A stretch of DNA of 64,000 nt from Eledone cirrhosa (lineage: Eukaryota). Below are positions 25,915-36,914 of this stretch, piece after piece; within the stretch, counting starts at the first letter, position 1; every line of letters begins with the position of its first letter. The DNA lies in NCBI GenBank assembly GCA_964016885.1, contig OZ024743.1, forward strand, positions 372,868,001 through 372,932,000. Direction: 5' to 3'. A program made the position numbers and the translations under genes. The notes under the pieces were generated by a model. It was not told the DNA's origin and made no database searches. It saw nothing but the letters and a program-made list of their open reading frames with translations.

Positions 25915-25980
25915 AGATGCTGTGACCCTGGTTGAACCAGAGGTACCATTGCTGGGGGTCGAAACTGCCCAAGTCCATCT
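25915..25980 (+). ncRNA. Hammerhead-like motif with a shortened core
   Basis: Stem I AGATG/CATCT, CTGT(GA), stem II GACCC..GGGTC, GAAA, GTC triplet. The CUGANGA box is incomplete. Confidence 0.4.
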
Positions 25981-26176
25981 CAACAGCCAATTTCCCTGGA
26001 GTTCTGTATCCTTCATTTATATATTTTTAAAAAATAATTTTTTTAAGGTTTCCCCTTCGTTTTGTTTCCTTTCATTGTCTAGTCCTTCCTTTGTTAATTT
26101 TCTTAAGTTTATTTACTAAGGTGGCGTATGTGTTATCTCTTCTCCCCCATTTATTGTTATGGTATATATATATATA

Positions 26177-26660
26177 CTAGCCGAATTACTCGAGCCTTGC
26201 TGCGTTTCACACATTTTTTTTGTAAGAAAATGATGATTGATTTTAAATCAGTGATATAATTTATGGAGAAAAACTCTGCATTTCAACAATGTAAAATGTA
26301 ATGCATGAAAAATTGGAAAACATTACTTTTTGTAATATATCAAATCAAAATTACATTAATAAATCTTGTTCTTATTTTGTTTCTTATAAATAATTTTTTT
26401 TCAAAATATCAATTCAAAACTTTTGTGAATAGGCATCATATCTTGTCATTTACCTATGGTTTAAATTTCATATAAATCGAAGGGGAAAAATTTCAGCGGG
26501 GGTTTTGTGCCCTCGGGAACCCTTTGATTAAAATGAAATATACTTATCCAAGTACCCTGGGCAATGTAGTTTCAGAATATATATGGTTATAGGGGTCTAT
26601 ATCCAAAACCATAGGAGGAGTTTATGAACAAACAAACAGACAGGAATACAACTTTATATA
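26177..26660 (-). mobile_element. Probable non-autonomous Helitron-like element
   Basis: On the minus strand it ends in CTAG|T after a GC-rich stretch, has a CTGT/TTGT microsatellite near its 5' end and sits in (TA)n. Confidence 0.5.
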
Positions 26661-26772
26661 TATATATTAATAAAAGGAATTCCAACTTTGTCGTTTTATT
26701 TACAATCCTTTAAAATTATAATGATATTATAATGAAATAGTATGGTAGAATATTAAATGTTAAGTGTTAATT

Positions 26773-26809
26773 AAACAAGTACTTTCATGCTTTCGCAATC
26801 TTCAGGTTC
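26773..26809 (-). ncRNA. Minimal type I hammerhead ribozyme motif
   Basis: Reverse complement reads GAAC-CTGAAGA-T-TGC GAAA GCA-T-GAAA-GTAC-TT-GTTT, with palindromic stem III (AAGTACTT). Confidence 0.55.
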
Positions 26810-26842
26810 ATATTCTGTGGTGACAGTCAAGTTTGCAATTTT

Positions 26843-26878
<36 letters not shown>

Positions 26879-26888
26879 AAAATTGCAA

Positions 26889-26945
<57 letters not shown>

Positions 26946-26950
26946 CTGAT

Positions 26951-27294
26951 GGAGGCACATGGCTTAGTGGTTAGAGCATTGGCCTGGCCTTGCAATCGAA
27001 AGGTTGTGAGTTCAATTCTCAGACCGGGTGATGTGTTGTTTCCTTGAGCAAGGCACTTTATTTCACATTGCTCCAGTTTACTCAGCTGTAGAAATGAGAT
27101 GATAGGGACTGGGGTCCCTATCATTCCACTGCAAAGTGGTCATGGAGGTGCCACGGCAAAAAAGCACCCAGCACTCACTGTAAATGAGGTTGGTGTTAGG
27201 AAGGGCATCCAGCTGTAGAAATCAAGCCAGAATCAGTTCCCGTCCCACCCTTGCAAGCAGGGAAAAGTGGACGTAAAATGATGATGATGATGAT
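26951..27294 (+). mobile_element. Full-length tRNA-derived SINE (family 1) with RTE-derived 3' half
   Basis: A box TGGCTTAGTGG, B box GAGTTCAATTC, TTGCAA anticodon-like loop; 3' part matches RTE 3' sequences; (GAT)n tail; second copy at 62568. Confidence 0.88.
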
Positions 27295-27299
27295 AAACC

Positions 27300-28080
27300 G
27301 CCGTGTCCTGGCTATTGCGATGGCAGTATTTAAGATAAAGTACAGAACCAAATGTGAAGCATTGGGTATGTTGACATGCCCCACATGACATACATAGTCA
27401 TCAAAGGTATGATGCTGGGTTCCATGAACCCGCACCGCCACCTCGACTGACATCCGCGCCCCCGTATGGCTCTAGTTCGAGCCCTCAGGGGGTTCCCATG
27501 CAGAGAGTGTGCACTTTCGTTGGTGTCTACATACCATGATGATCTCCGATTTCAGGTTGACTGCATCATCTTTTAATCTCACTTTCTCCATGGCCTCGGA
27601 CAGCCTGCACTTTCCCTCGCCGGCCTAATATGCATTAGCACGTTGAACGATACTACAGTTGAGATCGTACGCGGTGCCGCTGTCCTTCAAGTCCCATATC
27701 AGGTCTGCCAGTCTAGTGGAGTGTCTCTTCTCCAGTCCTTGAAAGAGTTTGTGTGATTGTACATCCTGGATTTAAAGGTAGTGGATGCTGTGCTGATGTA
27801 AGTGCGCTTGGTGTTATGTGTTCTAACCACGCATTTATAGACAACGCCCTTCGTTAGGCAACTTCCTTGCAGAGGGCATTGTGTGCCCAGTTGCATGTTC
27901 GGGCTGTATGTTGCTCATTACAAACGTGGGGTCCTGGCCTTTTTGTGGCGTTCTCCTGATTCGCTGGGTGTAGTTCTGCTGGTGCGGTGGGCTCCTTTCT
28001 GTCGTTCAGTGCCACCTGGTTGTCGAGTACTGTGTCTTCCGTGGGTAGATCAGCTGCCATGGGGTCCAGGCCAAAGTTGC
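27300..28080 (-). mobile_element. Penelope-like element 3' fragment (GIY-YIG endonuclease), decayed
   Basis: CN..CPLQGSCLTKGVVYKCVV..TYIS..FKSRMYNHTNSFK, then IWDLK..CRHQRK; typical of the PLE C-terminal GIY-YIG region. Confidence 0.8.
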
Positions 28081-28083
28081 GTG

Positions 28084-28124
<41 letters not shown>

Positions 28125-28147
28125 ATATATATATACATATATATATA

Positions 28148-28355
28148 TTCCGTCGCCTTCGACCCCTCCCACCACTCCCTCGTCACCTCCGCCTTCTTCA
28201 AATCCACCGACTCCTACTCCTACCTCGACTTCACCTCCTCCCACCCTACACACACTAAACACTCTATTCCCTACTCCCAACTCCTCAGGATCCGCTGCCT
28301 CTGTAGCCGAGATGCTGACTTTGAGTTCCAGGCCCTTTCCCTAGTCAGCCATTTC
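28148..28355 (+). mobile_element. Penelope-like (Neptune-type) RT thumb fragment
   Basis: Peptide FKSTDSYSYLDFTSSHPTHTKHSIPYSQLLRIRCLCS matches the KPTD..YL...S.HP....SIPYSQ.LR..R.CS motif. Confidence 0.75.
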
Positions 28356-30385
28356 ATCTGTTATAGCCTGAAGGGCAATAATAAATAGTAGGGGGCTAAG
28401 AACAGAGCCCTGATGAACACCAACTTTTACGCTAAACTCTTCACTATATTCATTGTTAATTCTAACCTTGCTGACTGTTTCTTTATACATGGCTTGTATA
28501 GCTCTCACAAGCCATCCATCAACACCTAGTTTTCTAAGAGCCCACCAGATAATAGAACGGGGGACTCTGTCGAAGGCTTTCTCCAAGTCGACAAAAGCTA
28601 AGTATAGGGGTTTACTTTTAGCTAGGTATTTCTCCTGTAGTTGTCGTACAATGAAAAGAGCGTCTGTGGTACTTTTGCCTGACACAAACCCGAACTGCAT
28701 TTCATCTAGATCAATTCTCTCTCTGATTAGTTGCGCTATTACTTTTTCCGTGACCTTCATGACCTGGTCGATTAATTTAATGCCTCTATAGTTACTCCTA
28801 TCAAGAGCATCTCCTTTACCCTTGTAACAGTTAATGATGATGCTGCTACGCCAGTCCTTCGGAACAACCCCATTCTGTATGACTTGGTTTACTATCCGGG
28901 TGACCATGGTGTGTCCCACCGTTCCAGATGCTTTCAACATCTCAGCAACTATTTCCGAAGGCCCAGCCGCCTTACCCGTCTTCATATCTTTGATTGCCTT
29001 ACTTATTATACTACCCTCGACTAACACTGCTGGTCCCTCTATTGGGTTGATGTGGGGGAGACTGCTTTCTCCTGTTTATTCTCCTCATTTAGTAGCCTTT
29101 CGTAGTGACACTTCCAAGCTACCTTCTTATCAGCGTCAGTGATGGCAAGTACGCCATCATCATTAAGTACACACTTCTCCCCGACAATATCACGGTTTTC
29201 CTTGACACATTGCCTAGCAATCCTGAACACCTCACGTTTTTGGTCCTCTCGTTGTAGAACATGCTTGAACTTTCTTTCCTCTGCTTCCCTTCTGGCGAAG
29301 TACACTTGTCTCCTAGCTTCCCTCCTGGCCACTTGATAGTCTTCTCTACTTCCCCCATCCCGCCATACTTTCCAAGCCTTCTTTTTGGCCTTAATTGACT
29401 CCTCCACCTTACTGTTCCACCACCATGTTACTCTCCTCCTGCCTACAGGCCTGCTCCAGCCACAGACTTCGTCTGCCGCCATCAGCAGGTTTGCTTTCAG
29501 GAATTCCCACTGTTCCTCTATATTGTACGACTCTAATTGCTCTTCCTTACTGTCGAAAGCATCAAGTAATATGCTTTTAAATTTATTTCTGACTGTGGGG
29601 TCCTTTAGCTTTCATATTTTTCTCCTGAGGATAGTCCTCTTCTGCTGTCTAGTACGTCTCGTCCTGACTATGAGGTCGCTAATTATCAGTCTATGTTGGG
29701 AGGTGCATTCTTCATGGGGAAGGGATTTAGTGTTTACAACAGACACTCTGTCACGTCTTCTGGTAAGGATATAATCTACCTGGCTGGTATGTTCCCCTGA
29801 TCTGTAGGTGATCAAGTGATTGTCTCGTTTTTTGAAGTTAGTGTTACAGATAGTTAGGTTATTTGCATCACAGAATTCAGGATTCTGGAGTCTTCCTCGT
29901 TTCTAGTACCAAACCCATAGCCTCCGTGGATTCCGTCATAGCCATCACAATGTTGTCCCACGTGGCCATTTAGGTCGCCAGCAATAATTATATAGTCACT
30001 GTCGGTTATTTGGGAGGTAGTGATCATCAGTGTCTCATAGAATCTGTCTTTTATAGTGCCAGGCAGTCCGGATTGGAGCACGTATACAGATATTACTGTC
30101 ACAGTAGTTCTATTTAGAACAAGTCTTATTTTAATTATTCTGTCATTCACTCTATTTACGTCTATTATCTTATCCACCCATTTTTCTGCTAACATGATTC
30201 CTACCCCACCCAGCCCATTGTCATTTCCCACCCAGAAAAGCTTATAGCAACGTTTTTTACCCACAATGAATCTAGCAGACGCGCCCTCCACCTGGTCTCT
30301 TGGATACAGCAAACATCAACCTCCTTACGTTCAAGCATTTCTACAACCTCGTTAGAGCGGCCTTTTAAGGTGCCTACATTCATGG
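28353..30385 (-). mobile_element. RTE LINE family A, EN plus N-terminal RT, 3' part missing, frameshifted
   Basis: [43 protein letters not shown] and GVHQGSVLSP in several frames. Confidence 0.93.
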
Positions 30386-30399
30386 TATATATATATATA

Positions 30400-30461
<62 letters not shown>

Positions 30462-30462
<1 letters not shown>

Positions 30463-30685
30463 GTAGGTCCCGGGTTGAGTCGGGGATAACCACAGTAAGT
30501 AAGGTACTCAATACATGGCAGAGTAAAATTTTTTTATTTTATAGAAGGAGCTTCTACAGGACTAGTACTGTTTCATTCAGATGAAATCTTCAGGAAGCCA
30601 GTCTCGCTCAGTCTCGCTTCCTGAAGATTTCATCTGAATGAAACAGTACTAGTCCTGTAGAAGCTCCTTCTATAAAATAAAAAAA
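30462..30685. mobile_element. Fold-back element family H1 with ~70-bp perfect inverted arms containing a hammerhead-like core
   Basis: Arms at 30529-30598 and 30616-30685; right arm reads CTGAAGA..GAAA CAGTACTAG TC; flanked by (TA)n on both sides. Confidence 0.7.
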
Positions 30686-30834
30686 GATATATATATATAT
30701 ATATATATTAGGGTAAACATTGATGCAATTCAATTCAAGCACTCAACGTACTTTTTCCACATAGGAGTGACGGAGTAAATATCGAATAAGGAAAAGCGAA
30801 GTAGTTTCAGATGTTCAAGTCCTTTAATAATAAT

Positions 30835-30908
30835 GCTGTGATATATATTTCAATGACGACACTGGCCACACTGTTCTGTGTGCGAGTGTCGTGACATCAT
30901 CAGACAGC
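30835..30908 (-). ncRNA. Type I hammerhead ribozyme (mirror copy)
   Basis: Reverse complement of 31367-31440. Confidence 0.75.
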
Positions 30909-31366
30909 TTGTTACATAATAAGGTTGTTTCCGAGGCAATCCAAATTGAATCGACATGGGAACGGATGAAGTTCGTGCTTTTGGGTTTTTCATCCGTTCC
31001 CTTGTGAGTACCAATTCACCCCCACCGGTCTGCGCAAGCGCATGTCCGAAGGAAGTTGACCATTAGCCACCGCATATTTCAACGAAATTCGCTGTCAGTT
31101 CACCCTCTCAGCCAAAACAATGGCCCACCTATGCCCTACCAAAGTTTACTGCTATCCATCACTACTGTGGCAGTCAGCCGAAAGCCAGAGGGGATGGGAG
31201 GGTGTTAGTTTTTATAGGTCATAATACTACCCTTCACTAAGCGTTGACAGTAAGACTGACCATCAACTCATAAGGGAAAATAAACTTAATTCTAGGTACT
31301 ATGGTTCATCCGTTCCCATGTCGATTCAATTTGGATTGCCTCGGAAACAACCTTATTATGTAACAA

Positions 31367-31440
31367 GCTGTCTGATGATGTCACGACACTCGCACACAGA
31401 ACAGTGTGGCCAGTGTCGTCATTGAAATATATATCACAGC
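31367..31440 (+). ncRNA. Type I hammerhead ribozyme with extended stem II
   Basis: GCTGT-CTGATGA-[ACGACACT..AGTGTCGT stem]-GAAA-TATATA-TC-ACAGC: perfect stem I, canonical core, palindromic stem III. Confidence 0.78.
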
Positions 31441-31483
31441 ATTATTATTAAAGGACTTGAACATCTGAAACTACTTTGCTTTT

Positions 31484-31524
<41 letters not shown>

Positions 31525-31674
31525 AAATATTTATATATATATAAATGTAATCTGAGTTTTTCGAATATTAATAATAATAATATTCGATTTGTTTGCAATT
31601 ATGCAAACAAGCCTCTTTTAAGCCATGTCAGTAGACATGTTGCTCATTGTTGCTCTTGTGTTGGCATGTAAACA

Positions 31675-31725
31675 GAACTGCAGACACTAATATTTCTGAG
31701 TGATTACCCTTCATCAGTGCAGTTC
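31675..31725 (-). ncRNA. Type I hammerhead ribozyme
   Basis: Reverse complement reads GAACTGCA-CTGATGA-AGGGTAATCACTCA-GAAA-TATTAGTG-TC-TGCAGTTC; 8-bp perfect stem I. Confidence 0.72.
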
Positions 31726-31771
31726 ACTGTTCACCTGCCAACTGTCTGGCTGATCAGTCGGATCTGCATAG

Positions 31772-31843
31772 CTTCTACAGGACTAGAACTGTTTCACTCA
31801 AATGAAACAGTTCTAGTCCTATAGAAGCCATTTCTATATTAAA
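31772..31843. repeat. Short fold-back, family H1
   Basis: GCTTCTACAGGACTAGAACTGTTTCA-loop-TGAAACAGTTCTAGTCCTATAGAAGC. Confidence 0.7.
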
Positions 31844-31855
31844 TTTATATATATA

Positions 31856-32039
31856 CTTATGGTAAATATTGATGCAATTCAATTTAAGCACTCTACGTAG
31901 TTTTTCCACATAGGAATGACGGAGTATATTTAGAATAAGAAAATACGAAGTAGTTGCAGATGTTAAAGTCCTTTATTGGTAAGATGTTGTTTTTGATGCC
32001 TTCACCCGTTCCCTGGTCATCTTTAACATCTGCAACTAC
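31856..32039. repeat. Diverged copy of the left end of the 30709 element with a short fold-back
   Basis: GGTAAATATTGATGCAATTCAATT..TTTTTCCACATAGG matches 30712-30830; inverted arms GTAGTTGCAGATGTTAAAG / CTTTAACATCTGCAACTAC. Confidence 0.65.
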
Positions 32040-32054
32040 ATTGCATTATATTAA

Positions 32055-32236
32055 TTGGCAGTATCAGTAGAGAGTCGGACGCCATGCTTTGCAGCAAAGA
32101 GTTACGGCCCTTTATGATCTGAGTTCAAATCCCGCGGAGGTTAACTTTGCCATTCATCCTTAAGGAGTCGATAAAATAAAGTACCAGTAATACCCTGGAA
32201 TAATTGCTGGCCTTGTGCCAAAAGTAGAAACAATTA
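32055..32236 (+). mobile_element. tRNA-derived SINE (family 2)
   Basis: A-box-like TGGCAGTATCAG, B box GAGTTCAAATCC, body CATTCATCC..GTCGATAAAATAAAGTACCAG. Confidence 0.72.
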
Positions 32237-32340
32237 TATTATTGTCTCTCTTTCTTTCTCTCTCTCTCTCTCTATCTCTCTATCTCTCTATCTCTCTATC
32301 TATCTATCTATATATCTATATATATATATATATATATATA

Positions 32341-32518
32341 TCATCATCATCATCATCGTTTAACGTCTATCTTCCACGCTAGCATGGGTTTAGACGGGAA
32401 TTGTCCCACTTGAGGCAAGATTGGTTAAGAGACCATGTCTCGCTCGTATAGGAGTCTGGCAGGTTTTCTACGGCTAGATGCCCTTCCTAACACCAACCAC
32501 GTTTACAGTGTGGACTGT
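32341..32518 (-). mobile_element. RTE 3'-terminal fragment
   Basis: (CAT)n followed by GTTTAACGTC..CCACGCTAGCATGGG; matches the RTE-A 3' UTR. Confidence 0.8.
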
Positions 32519-32719
32519 TATATATATTATATGTATTATATATATATATTATATATATATTATTTGTGTATATATATTATATGTATGTATATATATCATA
32601 ATCTATAATATATTATATATATGTATATATTATATATGTATATTATATATATATATTATATATATGTATATATTATAGATATATATATTATATATATATT
32701 TATATATTATATATATATA

Positions 32720-34127
32720 TCATCATTATCTTCGTTTAACGTCCATTTTCCACGCTAGCATGGGTTAGACGGGAGTTGTCCCACTTGAGGCAAGGCTGGC
32801 CAGGTGACCGTGTCTCGCTCATATAGGACTATCTGGCAGGTTTTCTACAGCTGGATGCCCTTCCTAACACCAACCACATTTACAGTGTGGAACTGTGAAC
32901 TTTTTACCGTGTTACCTACACGGCCACATTACAGCGTGGACTGTGTGGTTTTTTTGTCGTGACACCTACACAATCTCGATCTCATTTTCTCGTGCTGTTG
33001 GTGGGAGTGGGAGGATAGGGTAGGGCTAGTGGATTGGGGTGTATATTTGGTTGAGAGGTGCCTACTGACTGTAGGTTTCGCTTTGTATATAGGCAAGGCG
33101 GGTCTTCGGTATTCCTGTGTAGTGCCAAAGATCTCGGTCCAGTGACATTGTCTTAGAGAGGTGCAAGTGTGTAAGGTCGGAATTTATCAGATCATCCCAG
33201 ATTTTTCTAGGTCTACCTACTCAGTAACTACCATCAATTTTGATCGCCCTGCACTTTTTTATGCAGCTGTCGTCTTTCATGCGCATCACGTGACCATACT
33301 AACGTAGTCTTCTCTCAAGTAAACAGCATCTGATCCCTCTTATTCCTAATTTCTCACTTAGTTCATTGATGCTTTGCCGTTCACGTATATTACTATTACA
33401 CATCCAACGGAGCATGCATGCTTCGTTCCTTCCCAGTCTACGCAGGTCCTCTGCACATAAAGCCCATGTCTCACTGCCATGTAGCATTGCTGTTCGTATA
33501 CAGGCATCATACAATCTGCCTTTCATTTTTAGAGAGAAACCTTTTGTGGCCAACAGTGGTATAAGCTCTCTGACTTTTTCCATCCCGTTCTGACTCTGGC
33601 TACTGTACTTTCAGACCACCCTCCACCACTGCTGATTTCGTTACCCAGGTAACGGAAAGTGTCCACTATTTCTATAGAACCATCTGGGCAATAGAAGGAG
33701 CTAGTATCCTTTGGACACTTGCTACTTATTGCACCTGAGCATTGGCCACATATAAAGTCTACGTTCTTAGATAGTTTACCTGTGATCCCACTACATCTTT
33801 TATGTACCCATAGTTTGCATTTGGGACATAAAATGGAATTTCTGCCTACTCCTTTCCTACACACTGAGCAAGGCCATTTCCCTGAGGGCACCTGTGCCCT
33901 ATTTTCCTTTCTACAAACTAGAACTTTAGTCTTAGACAAGTTAATTTTAAGGCCTTTTGATTCTAGGCCATGCTTCCATGTTTCGAATTTCTTCTCTAGT
34001 TCAGCCATTGATTCAGATATGAGCGTTAGATCATCTGCGTATAGGAGTTCCCATGGGCAGCCGGTCTTGAACTCATCTGTTATGGCCTGAAGGGCAATAA
34101 TAAATAAGAGGGGGCTAAGGACAGAGT
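32720..34127 (-). mobile_element. RTE LINE family A, 5'-truncated 3' fragment
   Basis: SVLSPLLF, LLYADD, PHD-like Cys cluster, FRYLG, MLHGSETW, 3' UTR and tail; contains a frameshift and a stop. Confidence 0.93.
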
Positions 34128-34288
34128 ACGTATGTGTATATATATATATATATATATATGTGTAGTAAATACTACATATATATATATACACAACTGTACA
34201 CACACGTATGTGTGTATATATATGTGTGTGTAGAAAATATTACCCATATAAACAACTGTACACATGTGTGCATGTGTCAGTGTGTGTG

Positions 34289-34326
<38 letters not shown>

Positions 34327-34371
34327 CTTGTGTTAGTGTGTGCATATATATATGTGTGTGCTTGTGTGAGT

Positions 34372-35617
34372 GTCATCATCATCACCGTTTTACGTCCGTT
34401 CTTCCACGCTAGCATGGGTTAGACGGGTTGTCCTGTTGTGGGCAGTGTCTGGTCGGCTGACCATGCCTTGTTCATACAGGAACTGATTTGGCTTGATTTC
34501 TACAGCTGGATGCCCTTCCTAACACCAACCTCATTTACAGTGAGTGCTGGGTGCTTTTTCGTGGCGCCTACACGTCCACTTTACAGTGTGGACTGGGTGC
34601 TTTTTTGCCGTGGTACCTCCATGACCACCTTGCGGTGGGGGGTGTGGGGGCATTTTGTCTATATGCTTCAGCTTGTACCCATGGGAGGTCGGGTACTCTG
34701 TATTATTGCGTGACGCAAGAGGTCACGGTCGTGTGTCATTGCCTTTGAGAGGTGTAATTGGGTAAGGTCGGCTTTTGTCACCTCATCCCAGGTCATCTTG
34801 GGTCTCCCCACTCCGCGGTTTCCATCGACTTCTAGTGCTCTGCACCTTTTTATGCAGCTGTCATCCTTCATACGCATCACATGTCCATACCAGCGTAACC
34901 GCCTCTCCTGCACGCAGCATTTGATTCCTCTTATGCTCAGTCTCTCTCTCTCAATTCATTTATGTTTTGTCGTTCACGTATATTACTGTTACACATCCAT
35001 CGGAGCATGCAGGCTTCTTTTCTCTCTAATCTACGTAAGTCTTCCACCTTCAGCGCCCAGGTCTCACTACCATGCAACATTGCTGTTCGGATACACGCAT
35101 CATACAGTCTGCCTTTCATTCTGAGGGAGAAGCCTTTTGCAGCTAGCAGTGGTAGTAGTTCCCTAAACTTCTTCCATCCTGTTCTTATCCTAGTTATTGT
35201 ACTTTCTGAACACCCACCCCCGCTGCTAATTCGGTCACCTAGGTAGCAGAAGCTGTCTACTGTTTCTACAGAGCCCTCCCAGAGATTGGTGGTACTTGTT
35301 TCCTGTGGCTGTTTGCTGCTTGCTGTCCCAGCCCAGCTGCTGCATGTGAAGCCTACATTCTTAATTAAGCTTCCTGAGATCCCGCTACATCTCTTGTGTT
35401 CCCATTGTTTGCATTTGGGGCAGAGAATGGAGTTCCTACCTACACCTTTCCTACATACTGAGCAAGGCCATTTCCCTGAGGGGATCTGGGTTCTGTTTTC
35501 TCGTCTACTTACAAGGACCTTAGTCTTTGTCAGGTTGACTTTGAGACCCTTTCTTTCTAGTCCCTGCTTCCAAGTTTGGAATTTCTTCTCTAGTTCTACC
35601 ATAGATTCAGCTATGAG
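34372..35617 (-). mobile_element. RTE LINE family B, 5'-truncated
   Basis: Nearly identical to 61282-62530; frameshift near 34940. Confidence 0.93.
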
Positions 35618-35716
35618 TGTGTGTATATATATGTGTGTGTGTGTGTGTCTGCTTGTGTGTATATATATATGTGTGTGTGTGTGTCTGCTTGTGTGTATGT
35701 ATGAGGGGGATTTCGT

Positions 35717-36048
35717 CATCATCATCATCATCATCATCACTGTTTTACAGCTGTTCTTCCATGCTAGCATGGGTTAGACGGGAATTGTCCCACTTGAGGC
35801 AAGATTGGTTAGGAGACCATGTGGGCAGTGTTCGGTCAGCTGACCTTGTCTTGCTCATACGGGAACTGATTCTGGCACCTCCACGTCCACTTTACAGTGT
35901 GGGCCGGGTGCCTTTTTGCCGTGGCACCTCCACGACCACTTTGCAGTGGGAGGGGGTGGGGGCATATTGTGTATATGCTTCAGCTGCAGCTTAACCCGTG
36001 GGAAGTCGGGTCTTCTGTATTACTGTGTGGCGCCAGGGGTCACTGTCG
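35717..36048 (-). mobile_element. RTE 3'-end fragment (B-like)
   Basis: (CAT)n tail, CCATGCTAGCATGGG stem-loop and UTR repeats. Confidence 0.8.
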
Positions 36049-36057
36049 ATAGGTATA

Positions 36058-36189
36058 CTGTATATACTGGAATATAAGCCAGTCTGAATATAAGTCGAGC
36101 CCCCACCACTACCACCACCACCACAACCACCACCATTTTACCATCAACTATCTAGTCACATTCCTCAGCTTATATTCAAGTATATACAG
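36058..36189. mobile_element. Tc1/mariner-pogo-type MITE
   Basis: Terminal inverted repeats (TIRs) CTGTATATACTGGAATATAAGC / GCTTATATTCAAGTATATACAG flanked by TA. Confidence 0.65.
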
Positions 36190-36914
36190 TATATATATAT
36201 ATATATACAGTATATATATATATATCAAGTATATGAAAAATATGGGGAGAAGAATACTGCATGGTTGCACATGGATAACATGTTATAAAATGAGTCCCTC
36301 ATCAGTGATTTACCAACGATCATTGGTATTTCATCGCATTAAAAATCATATACCTCACGTTGGTGCGAAAATAACTAAAATAAGTTATTCGGACAATTGA
36401 AACGCGTAAAGCGAGTGAGACAAGTAAACAACACAGGATATATATATATATACACACAGTATATATATATGTATATATTTGTAACTAACTAGCCATAGAA
36501 TGGAAGTAGGCAGCAGAGATTTTGCTAATATATTTGTAATTATCCCTAGGGTGGACCTCAGACAACAGTTAAGTAGTTGTTCTACTCTAGTTCTGTTCAA
36601 ACTAACCATGTGGGACCTCACAGATTTAACTCTTTCATTACTATATTTCTGTGCGTTTTAATTAATTTTGAAAATAATCAACAGTTTGGAGCGATTTAGT
36701 AATAACTTTTTCATTATTAAATTGATGTTTGGAACATAACAAAGGCTTTTACATAAAGTTATGAGGGAAGGTTTTTAGATAAACGCTTGAACCCTTTCAT
36801 TACCATATTTCTAATGAAAGACACTGTCTATGTCATTAACCCTTTCATTACCATATTTCTAATGAAAGACACTGTCTTTGTCATTAACTCTTTGGTGCGG
36901 TTATCTATTCTATT

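Larger units (their letters stand above)
30709..31486. mobile_element. PLE-like non-autonomous element with ~180-bp inverted repeats, each carrying a hammerhead
   Basis: Arms at 30789-30970 and 31305-31486 are near-perfect reverse complements; flanked by (TA)n. Confidence 0.75.

Noticed and set aside
26951-27030. tRNA-Ala gene
   Set aside because: It is the tRNA-like head of a SINE: no proper acceptor stem, and it continues into a LINE-derived body in both copies.
28353-34127. RTE-A 5' piece (28353-30385) and 3' piece (32720-34127) as one split element
   Set aside because: Their order is reversed for a minus-strand element, and the overlapping ~55 bp differ at several positions; more simply two insertions.
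36285-36335. Minus-strand CTGATGAG hammerhead candidate
   Set aside because: No downstream stem II closure, GAAA or stem I partner could be found.
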